A stretch of 64,000 nt of DNA, from IMG/VR virus record IMGVR_UViG_2695420662_000003, positions 32,001 to 96,000 of that record; one strand, 5' to 3'. Below the pieces are notes generated by a model that saw nothing but the letters and a program-made list of their open reading frames with translations, had not been told where the DNA came from and made no database searches. Source of the DNA: a virus (taxonomy: Duplodnaviria; Caudoviricetes). Position numbers and translations under genes: made by a program. The stretch's first letter is position 1; every line of letters starts with the position of its first letter. Shown piece by piece: positions 53,663-62,516 of this stretch.

Positions 53663-53921
53663 ATTTTTATTAAAAAAAAGATGTTCAACTCTTATATATT
53701 ATATAAACTTAAATTGTCACACTAAGTAAATAAAATACATATAAAGAAAAAATAATTCTCTGGGCAAAACACGTTCTATCGTTTTGAACAGATGAGACAC
53801 AACTTGTTTGTGGCGAACATATTAAGTTATACGTTACATATACACTTCACGAAAACAAGTTTCGCTCGTGTTCTGATCAAATTAAAAATCAAATTTGCTC
53901 AGAGAAAATTTAAAATATCTA

Positions 53922-54000
53922 TTGACAAGTATGATAAGTTCATATACAATTAAATTAAGATAACAAGTTAGTTATCAAGTACATATGAAGGAGAATTGAA
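53922..54000 (+). promoter_or_regulatory. Promoter-operator-leader cassette
   Basis: TTGACA-agtatgataagttcata-TACAAT, hairpin GATAAC-N6-GTTATC, AGTACATATG, AAGGAG; near-identical leader in inverted orientation at about 27100 and 34872. Confidence 0.8.
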
Positions 54001-54287
54001 TATGGTTTTTATAATATTAATATTGATGATTGCATATTCTATAAATAGAGGTGTAAATTCAAAATCTGAATCGGGATTAAATATGTGGTCAAAAGTATTT
54101 TACATAATTATCACTATGTATATAATATATTCGCTATATACAATTATTAATATATTGTTATTATAGGCTGTAAGAGCCACGGTGAGAAGATTTAATACGT
54201 AGTAGGATTAATTATATTAATAATGATTTAAAATTGAATATAATGGGTTTAAATGGTTTAGAATAATTATATTAGGAGGATAATAGA

Positions 54288-54518
54288 GTGAATTTTAATA
54301 AGGTGAGATTAGAAATATTAGAAAGGTTAAACGAAAGATACGAGGACGGAGTATATCATTTAAACATAGAAGATATAGAAGATTGTGTTGGAGATATAAT
54401 GAGTACATATGGGATTGAATTAGAAGATATTGAAAATATGATAGTTTATGAAGAAAATTATCATGCTAAACTAGATGCATTAAATCATGATGGGACGCAT
54501 CTAGAGGAAGAGAATTAA
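54288..54518 (+). CDS. Acidic hypothetical protein
   Basis: 76-aa ORF, AGGAGG RBS. Confidence 0.6.
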   Translation: MNFNKVRLEILERLNERYEDGVYHLNIEDIEDCVGDIMSTYGIELEDIENMIVYEENYHAKLDALNHDGTHLEEEN

Positions 54519-54540
54519 TAAAAAGAATGGGAGAGTCAGA

Positions 54541-54756
54541 ATGAGTGGATTGAATGTATTAAATAATGAAGTAGCGATGATAAGCTTAGAGGTTGTAGAT
54601 CTTATAAATAAGTTTAGGGTAGAAGAAGGAAATAGAAAAGAATTACTACATAAAAACTTTATGGCTAGCATAAAAAGTGAGATTGAGGCACTTAAAAAAG
54701 CTGGTATTAGAGCCGGGCTAAATTTTCAGCCGGGAAAATGGTTTAAAAGGAGATAA
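54541..54756 (+). pseudogene. Truncated Rha-like antirepressor N-terminus
   Basis: MISLEVVDLIN..R...ELLHKNF...I..E...L......NFQ then early stop immediately before an HNH gene. Confidence 0.55.
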
Positions 54757-54757
54757 G

Positions 54758-55468
54758 TTGATTATGAACGAATTAAAAATATGTAGCAAGTGTGGGAAAA
54801 CTAAAGATATAGAATGCTTCGAACTACATTCTGTTAATAAAGAAACTGGTAAAATTAATTTAAGAGGACAATGCAAAGAATGTAGAAAAAATATAAGAGA
54901 TAATAAGAAGGATTTAAGAATTGATTATGACAAGGCTAAATATAAAGAGAATAGGGATAAAATATTAGAAAGAAAGAAAGAGTATTACAGGGAAAACAGA
55001 GAAAAGATATTAGAATATAAATCTAGATATTATATTGAAAATATAGATAAAATTAAAGAATATTCAAAGTTATATCGATCTAATTGTGGAGAAGTAAGAA
55101 GGGTGGCGGAATATAAAAGAAGAAGTTTGATTAAAGGGTATAAATACACAAATGAAGAATGGGAAAAATGTCTTGAATTTTTTAATAATAGATGTGCATA
55201 TACTGGGGTTGAATTAACTAAGGAGAATACACATAGAGATCATATTATCCCTCTGTCAAAGGGTGGATTGAACGTGATAAGAAATATAGTGCCAGCTTTG
55301 AGTAGTGCAAATATATCTAAAAGAGATAAAGATATGGAAACATGGTTTAGAAGTAAGGACTTCTTCGACGAAGGTAGGTTAAATAGAATAATTGAATGGA
55401 TGAAATTTAATGATGTTCACGCTTTAATAGATAGTATAGAAACTTTAGAGGATATATTTGATATATAG
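54758..55468 (+). CDS. HNH endonuclease
   Basis: CSKCG..K, CKEC, F.NRCAYTG....HRDHIIPLSKGG.N...NIVP.....N.SK. Confidence 0.9.
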   Translation: MIMNELKICSKCGKTKDIECFELHSVNKETGKINLRGQCKECRKNIRDNKKDLRIDYDKAKYKENRDKILERKKEYYRENREKILEYKSRYYIENIDKIKEYSKLYRSNCGEVRRVAEYKRRSLIKGYKYTNEEWEKCLEFFNNRCAYTGVELTKENTHRDHIIPLSKGGLNVIRNIVPALSSANISKRDKDMETWFRSKDFFDEGRLNRIIEWMKFNDVHALIDSIETLEDIFDI

Positions 55469-56927
55469 GGGGAAATTAAATATGACGTTTACAAATAATA
55501 ATTTTAGAGGAAGAATAGATGGTAAAGATTTATATTATTATACAAATAATTTAGATTACAAAATACAGGATACAGAAAATAGAATAAAATATATAGAAGA
55601 TAGATTAGGATCGAAATTAATAGGATATAAAAAATTAGATAGGCATAATTGTACATATGATATGAAGGTTCAAGCAAATGATAAATATTGGGAAGAAATC
55701 TTTATACAAACATCGGATATTGCTTTAGATAAAGATGGTTTATATCAGGTCGAAGATGAAGGGAAAATTAAATTAGTAAGTTATAGCGAGTACATATCAT
55801 GGTGTGAATTAAACAATAAAGATGCATTAGAGTACGCTGATATAAATAATCCATTTAAAGCCATCCCTTACGAAAATATTCATGAAGAGGATGAAATATA
55901 CGATGATGTAAAGATAGAACGTGGAGAGTGGAAATATACAGGTCAGAACACATCTAAAATTAAATTGGTTCTTAATAAGTCGGATGATTTATATTCAACA
56001 TCAAATATAGCAAAAGGATTAGAAAAATTAGGTAGTTATATATTGAATGCGCCAGTACATATTAAAGACGGTAAAGAGATTCCAAAAAAAGAAAATTTAA
56101 AATATAAGATATATAATAGTAGAGAATTGTTTAATAGGGCATGCCAAGAATATAATACAATAAACAGATTCTTGAGAGCAAATGGAATTACAGATAAATC
56201 AGAAGATTTAGAAGGTGAAGCAATACCGATGTTTCAACCTCATAAGCAAAACTTTAATAAGGTTAAAACTGTAAGATATATGGGATATGGAGATATTAAA
56301 AAATATCCTATGCTTAAATCATATGTTGAGTTACACGATAAACTAAAATATGAATTAAAAAAACCAAATAGTAAATTAGATAAGAAGAAACTTCCGTATA
56401 TAATGAAAGGATTAAAGGATGATTTAGATTTAGTTAAACAATCATCACTAAAACCTATAATATTTAAAGCACCATTAACTCCAACTCCAAAATCTATATA
56501 TGAAGACATAGTAATCCCTTATAAAAAGGAATTATATGGAATGCTGCAATCAAAAGTTGAAGATTTAAGAGATTTAGATATGATGTGTTGCCATATAGAT
56601 TTAATGAATATAATGAAAAAATGCAAATTCACAGAAAGACAAAAAGAAATACTTGATTTATGGTCAAGAGATTATTCTACAACAGAAATAGGTGAGATAT
56701 TAGATGTAAGTAGACAAGAAATAGAAAGGTCTATGAGTGTAATTATAAATATGATAATAAGAAAATATAAAGATCAATATGAGGATTGGATAGGATTTAA
56801 TTATAAAAAATCAGAATGGAAACAATGCAGTAAATGCAATGAGGTTAAATTAATAAAGAGATTTAATAAAAATGGAAAATATATAATGTCTCTATGCAAA
56901 GATTGTGATTTGAATAGAAAGAAATAA
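55458..56927 (+). CDS. Putative late transcription regulator with sigma-region-4/LuxR-like HTH
   Basis: FTERQKEILDL....YS..EIGEILDVSRQ; C-terminal CSKC...CKDC; precedes packaging genes. Confidence 0.65.
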   Translation: MIYRGKLNMTFTNNNFRGRIDGKDLYYYTNNLDYKIQDTENRIKYIEDRLGSKLIGYKKLDRHNCTYDMKVQANDKYWEEIFIQTSDIALDKDGLYQVEDEGKIKLVSYSEYISWCELNNKDALEYADINNPFKAIPYENIHEEDEIYDDVKIERGEWKYTGQNTSKIKLVLNKSDDLYSTSNIAKGLEKLGSYILNAPVHIKDGKEIPKKENLKYKIYNSRELFNRACQEYNTINRFLRANGITDKSEDLEGEAIPMFQPHKQNFNKVKTVRYMGYGDIKKYPMLKSYVELHDKLKYELKKPNSKLDKKKLPYIMKGLKDDLDLVKQSSLKPIIFKAPLTPTPKSIYEDIVIPYKKELYGMLQSKVEDLRDLDMMCCHIDLMNIMKKCKFTERQKEILDLWSRDYSTTEIGEILDVSRQEIERSMSVIINMIIRKYKDQYEDWIGFNYKKSEWKQCSKCNEVKLIKRFNKNGKYIMSLCKDCDLNRKK

Positions 56928-57059
56928 TATTGTGGAAAAATAGTTGCGATATATCGCAGTTATAGGGTATATATATTGTAAGGGGTATTAAATAATGCCC
57001 ATATATCGAAGTTTTAGTACATATGATTAGAAACTCTACTCAAACGAGAGGGTATTTAA

Positions 57060-57585
57060 TAAAATTATCAGGTAAACCTTATATAAAGCGTAGCTAACTT
57101 TATATTAAGTTCTGATTATACCTATGATGTAATAGGCTTTGCTTGCGAGTGTATTACGGAGGTATTTTTTCAAGGTTTATGAGTTAGCCTTGTGCAAGCT
57201 ATATCTTTAAGATAATAAAACTCACCTATAATGTAATTCAAAGTTTAATAACTGATGGATTAAGTGTGGTATTCGGAATGTTCATGTATGATATTTTGAA
57301 TATAACCTTTACCCTTTGAGGGTTATCAAAGTACAATGGTAGAAGACTTTTAGTTTTTTGCCGTGACTACCGAAATGGTGTTTAAAATAGGGAGTGAAAT
57401 CCCAGTAAAGATAAATAGAGAGTGAAATCTCATGGGATCGCATTGTGTCGGTCGAACAGTTTTATCTCTTCTGTAAAAAGAGAAGTTATATATCCTACCT
57501 ATATTCTAGATGATAGGTAAATAAGGAGTATAGCCCAAATACCTAATTATCCATTGTATATTAGGAGGCTTCCTACTCCTGAACT
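57060..57585 (+). ncRNA. Candidate large structured ncRNA (ROOL/GOLLD-like context)
   Basis: About 520 nt without ORF, more than 10 hairpins, GGGAGTGAAATCCC and GAGAGTGAAATCTC, potential pseudoknot. Confidence 0.55.
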
Positions 57586-57770
57586 ACAACATTAAAACAT
57601 AATTCTTAATACTAGAATTTCATTTTAATCCTCCCCAATGATTTGACGCAACTCGTTAAGAGTTGTGTTTTAATGTTGTAATAAACATTATACTCATAAT
57701 CTCCCTTGAAAGCCCTGATGTTCGTTGTCAGGGTTATTTTCTTTTTTGAGGGATAAAGATACAAAAGGAT

Positions 57771-58055
57771 GTGATAGAGTTGAAATCAACGGACTTTGTA
57801 TCAGAGTTATTTAAAAAATTAAAAGATAATGATATTAAACTATCGAGAGATGAGTTGAATATTGTAATTACAGAATTTGTATCTCTGATACATGATGTAG
57901 TTCTGTATGAAGAAGAGGAAGTAAAAATTAATAACTTTGCAGTATTCTTTTTAGGAAAGAAAGCACCTAGGAAATTACCTAATGGTGAAGATGTTCCTCC
58001 TGGAGAGATAATGCGAGTTAGATTAAGCGAAAAGTTCAAGAATAAACAAGATTAA
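57771..58055 (+). CDS. HU/IHF-like DNA-binding protein
   Basis: V.INNFAVF.....APRK..NGE......I.R..LSEKFK. Confidence 0.75.
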   Translation: MIELKSTDFVSELFKKLKDNDIKLSRDELNIVITEFVSLIHDVVLYEEEEVKINNFAVFFLGKKAPRKLPNGEDVPPGEIMRVRLSEKFKNKQD

Positions 58056-58147
58056 ATTTGACGGTAGTTTTCGGTTAATATAGATTTTTTATTCCTCCTT
58101 TACTATAAAAACTGAACTACTCGTCATCTTATAAAGGAGATGATATT

Positions 58148-58996
58148 ATGGAATATCAATGTTCATGTTGTGGTGGCATCTCCAAAACTAAATTTTACAA
58201 GTCATACTCAGTTTTAAATAAATACAGGATGGTGCAAGCCATTTGTAAGGATTGCTTAATAGAAATCTATAAAGATTTAGTTAATGAGTATAAAAGCGAA
58301 GATAAGGCTTTATATAGGTTATGCATGCTTTTAGATGTCTATTATGATGAAAAGATGGTTGTTACTTGTAAAGAAAAATCAAAGGAGAGCGGAAAAGACT
58401 TACCATTGGAATATATGCCTAAGCTAAGTCTAAAACAATATGCAAATAAAAGTTTTATTGATTCTAATAAAATGGAATTAAATGAAAAGAAAATAGTTGG
58501 GAATGAAGATGTAAAAAAAGAGGAAAAGTCAACTAAGAAGAATAAGAAATCTGTTGTTACTCCGGAAATGATACAAAGATGGGGTGATAACTTAGAGGAA
58601 AATGATTATCTATTCTTAGAAGAAAGATTTAAAATGATGTGCGATACATATGACAATAAGAATATAGCGAATATATGGCAATATCAAGAAATAGCATTAA
58701 ATTACTTACAGATTCAGAAGTTAAGAGCGTTAGATGACGAAAAATCAACTGCTACTGCAATAAAACTAATGGATAGTACAAGTAAAATGATGAATGACTG
58801 TAAAATGAAATCTACTCAATTGGACGGTTCTGGAGATTTAGATGTTAATCTACCTGGAATATGGGCAAAAAGAATTCAAAATGAAGATCCCATTCCTCAA
58901 GCAGAAGGGGTGTTTGCCGATGTAGATAGAATACAGGAATTGTTTGATAATCAATTTGTAAAGCCAATGAGACGTGTTTTAGGAGTAGGTGATTAA
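58148..58996 (+). CDS. Putative terminase small subunit
   Basis: CSCCG...FYKS...ICKDC, WG..L...DY.FLEE; directly upstream of terL as in SPbeta-like phages. Confidence 0.65.
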   Translation: MEYQCSCCGGISKTKFYKSYSVLNKYRMVQAICKDCLIEIYKDLVNEYKSEDKALYRLCMLLDVYYDEKMVVTCKEKSKESGKDLPLEYMPKLSLKQYANKSFIDSNKMELNEKKIVGNEDVKKEEKSTKKNKKSVVTPEMIQRWGDNLEENDYLFLEERFKMMCDTYDNKNIANIWQYQEIALNYLQIQKLRALDDEKSTATAIKLMDSTSKMMNDCKMKSTQLDGSGDLDVNLPGIWAKRIQNEDPIPQAEGVFADVDRIQELFDNQFVKPMRRVLGVGD

Positions 58997-59300
58997 TATG
59001 ATTACTAAAACTAAAGAACGTGAAAGTAAGTATATAAGACCTATTGAGCGAATGGAAGAAGGGATGAAGATATGGCTTTCTTATTGGAGGGCTAATCCTC
59101 ACCGTATGGCTATGGACTATTTAGCATGTCCATTAAAACCATTCCAATGCATATTATTGTATTTGATGGAAAAATATGATTTCTTCATGTTTGTAGCTAG
59201 TAGAGGTCTAGGTAAGTCATATTTAGTTGCGGTTTATTGTTGTGTAAAATGCATACTTTTCCCAGGAATTAAAATAATAGTGGCGGCAAAAGATAAAGGG
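58989..59300 (+). CDS. terL: Terminase large subunit, exon 1
   Basis: WRANPHR, LKPFQ, ASRGLGKS Walker A, ends IIVAAKDKG. Confidence 0.9.
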
Positions 59301-61038
59301 TAATATAATAAAGGTAGAAGGGTGGTGTTATAATATGTTATTAGATAAATCGTTAAATATAAAATGGAATAATGCAACAAAGGATTATTACATATCAAAA
59401 GGTTATAATTATACAAAAAAGAATGATATATTTACGATAGATATCGAAGATATGATTACAACATCAACTATAAGAGTGAACGTTAAATGTGATTATTGTG
59501 GTGATATTCATAAAAAAGAATATAGAGGATATATAAAAGGTAGGGAATATATAGATAAAGATTGTTGTAGTAATACAATATGTAGAAATAGAAAACTACA
59601 AGATGTTAACTTAAAATTATATGGTGTAAAAAATGCAGGACAAAGGGATGATGTAAAGGCGAAATTAAGTAAAATAAAAAGAATGCCTTTTAATCAGGTT
59701 AAATCTATGTTTGATAAAAAAGAATTAGATTTAATAAGCAGAGAAAGTGATTATATAAATGGAAAAAGCAAATTGAAATTTATATGTAATTACCATAAAG
59801 AAAAGGGTATTCAGACTACAACATTAGATAGTCTTAGAAGTAGCAAACACTGTTGTAATTTTGGGGCAATAGAACATGTTTCCAATATTAGAAGATTTGA
59901 TATAGAGAAAGTTAAATCTTTATTTGTAGAAAAGGGATATATTCCTAAGTTTGATACATATGAAAATAATCAAATACCTATACCTTTTATGTGCGAAAAA
60001 CATATGAATGCAGGTATTCAATATGTGAGTTATGCTAACCTGCAACAAGGTCAAAGAGGTTGTAAGGTTTGTTCAATAGAATCGGTAAAAGATAAGCATA
60101 GAGAAGATAAAAATATTGTTTATGCCCTATTTCATGAGAAAGGTCTAAGTGTGTTAGATGGCGAAGAATATCTTAACAAAGATACTCACATGAAATTTAC
60201 ATGTAACAAACATCCAAATATAATTCAGAGTACGACATATGCAGGGTTGAAGCGAACTGATAATCCTTGTTATGCATGTAGAAATGAATTAAGTTACTCT
60301 AAATTAAATAAGAGATTAAGAAGTAGTATCGGTAAATGGAGAAGAAAGACTGAGATTAAATGTAAATCAAAATGCGTATTAACTTCAAGTGAAGTATATG
60401 ATATTCATCATTTGCATCAATACAATGCTATAGTTGTAGAGGCGGTAACATCTTTAAAATTAGACGTTAATAATATAAATGGTGTGGATTTTGAAAACTT
60501 AAAAAATAAAGTCATAGAACTTCATGAGACATATGGTGAAGGTGTTTGTATTCATCCCGAACTACATCAATTACTACACATGAAATTTGGAAAAGATACC
60601 ACAATAGAAGATTATTATAAATTTAAAGAAAACTACCTTAACGGAGTTTACGATAATGAAATAAAAATAAGTAAACTTACGCCCCGTACATGAAGAAATT
60701 CATGTAGGACACAACCTTAAAACCAGTAATTCCTAAAGCTCAACAACTACAATAAGAGATAAAATCATAAACTCTTATGAACGTGAGGAAACTCAGAAAC
60801 AATGGTTGAGATGGCATATGGTGAGAACCTAAGTGTCGTAAACAATGGATGTTTGGTCGCCAAGCCTAGAAATAGGAAGGTCAAACGACTAGTCGAAAAA
60901 GACGTACACTTAAGCGAGTGGAAACGGGTTGCCCTTAGCACGTAATGGTGAAGGTGAAGAAATAGTCTACTCTCATGTGAAAGCATGAGGCTCAAAGTTG
61001 AGCATTGCAAGTGTAGCGACTTGTAATAAATATTTATG
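59300..61038 (+). mobile_element. Group I intron with homing endonuclease in terL
   Basis: P7 pair AACGACTAG (about 60885) / GAAATAGTCT (about 60959), P9 CTCATGTGAAAGCATGAG, td-like 3' end ...TAGCGACTTGTAATAAATATTTATG; removal restores KDKG-QAKL. Confidence 0.9.
59335..60693 (+). CDS. Intron-encoded homing endonuclease (HNH-like, repeated Zn-binding modules)
   Basis: Repeated Y.N....(L/M).F.C..H modules, C-terminal CVLT...DIHH...CIHPELHQLLH..FG. Confidence 0.85.
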   Translation: MLLDKSLNIKWNNATKDYYISKGYNYTKKNDIFTIDIEDMITTSTIRVNVKCDYCGDIHKKEYRGYIKGREYIDKDCCSNTICRNRKLQDVNLKLYGVKNAGQRDDVKAKLSKIKRMPFNQVKSMFDKKELDLISRESDYINGKSKLKFICNYHKEKGIQTTTLDSLRSSKHCCNFGAIEHVSNIRRFDIEKVKSLFVEKGYIPKFDTYENNQIPIPFMCEKHMNAGIQYVSYANLQQGQRGCKVCSIESVKDKHREDKNIVYALFHEKGLSVLDGEEYLNKDTHMKFTCNKHPNIIQSTTYAGLKRTDNPCYACRNELSYSKLNKRLRSSIGKWRRKTEIKCKSKCVLTSSEVYDIHHLHQYNAIVVEAVTSLKLDVNNINGVDFENLKNKVIELHETYGEGVCIHPELHQLLHMKFGKDTTIEDYYKFKENYLNGVYDNEIKISKLTPRT

Positions 61039-62485
61039 GCAAGCAAAGTTGATGATAACACAGAAGATAGAAAAAGAGTTAATGAACTACGAAGGTTCTA
61101 TGTTGCGATTTGAATTGAAGCCCGGTAGAGAAGGTATACAGACCGGAGCAAATGATGCGAAGGTAATATTCAAAAACGGAAGTACAATAGAATGTACAAC
61201 AAGCGGTGAAAGTGCCAGAGGTTATAGAGGTAATATACTTATAGTCGATGAATTTAGACTTGTACCGAAAGATGTTTTAGATAAAATACTAAGACCTTTC
61301 TTAACTGTAGTTTATAACCCACCTTTTTATAAAAAAGATAAATATAAGGATTATCCGAAGTTTGAAAACAAGGAAATATATATGTCTTCCGCATGGTTAA
61401 AAGCGCACGATTCATATATAAAGTTTAAATCATATATAAACTCTATGCTAAAAGGTGAAAATTACGCTTGTGTAGATTTACCTTATACAGTTGCTAGAGA
61501 TGAAGGCTTTTTAACACAAGCCAGAATAGATGCCATAAGGAACGAGGATGATATGTCTGAAATGTCCTGGCAAATGGAAATGCAAGGTATGTGGTTTGGA
61601 GAATCTGAATCGGCATTTTATAAATTAGGAGAGATTGAACCTAATAGAAATATAAAAAAAGCGTGGATTCCTCCTACAAAAGAATTGTACATATTAGAAA
61701 AGGATAAACGTAAAAAATCATATCATTTACCTAAGCAAGAGGGTGAGAAAAGGTTAATCGGAGTAGATATAGCCTTGATGCAAGGTAGTACAAACGATAA
61801 CACTATATTCACTATGATGAGATTAATACCTAATGGTGAAAATTATGATCGTTATATAGTTAATATAGAATCTTATGAAGGAGTTCATTCAGAATCTCAA
61901 GCGATAAGAATCAAACAATTATTTGATGATTTTCAAGCAGATTATATCGTATGTGATACCGCAGGTAATGGACTTGGAGTATATGATGCAATGGCAAAAG
62001 TTCAATACGACTCAGATAGAGATATTGAATATCCACCATTTATAGCATTCAATGATGAGAGGATGTCATCTAGAAGTTTAAATAAAAATGGAATACCTTG
62101 TGTGTATTCAATGAAAGTAACTCAAGCGGAAACGAACCATCAAATATGTACATGGTTGAAGGATGATTTGCAAAATAATAGATTGAAATTATTAATAAAT
62201 GATATAGAAGCAAAGTCTTATCTTAGTGATAATCATAGTTTCGATATAAAAACAGTAGAAGAACAAGTAAGCATGTTAAAACCATATTTGCAAACTTCCG
62301 CATTAGTTAATGAAATGGTTAACCTTGAATGGAAAACAATAGGTATTTATATAAAGGTTTTCGAGATAGGAAGAAATAGAAAAGACCGATATTCATCATT
62401 AGCATATTGTAATTATTATGCGAGAATATTAGAGAAGCAATTAAAAAAACCAAAGAAAAAAGGTGGCTTTGTGGCGCTTTGGTAA
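61039..62485 (+). CDS. terL: Terminase large subunit, exon 2
   Basis: ARGYRGNILIVDEFR Walker B, YMSSAW, IGVDIA, KDRYSSLAY nuclease motifs. Confidence 0.93.
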
Positions 62486-62516
62486 TATATAAAAAACTCC
62501 AGAAAGGAGGAGTTAA

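Noticed and set aside
57524-57580. tRNA-like sequence starting GGAGTATAGCCCAA
   Set aside because: Folds as one long interrupted hairpin, no TTC T-loop or cloverleaf
60998-61038. N-terminus MSIASVATCNKYLW of ORF 60998..62485
   Set aside because: Lies within intron P9 elements; true coding resumes near 61039
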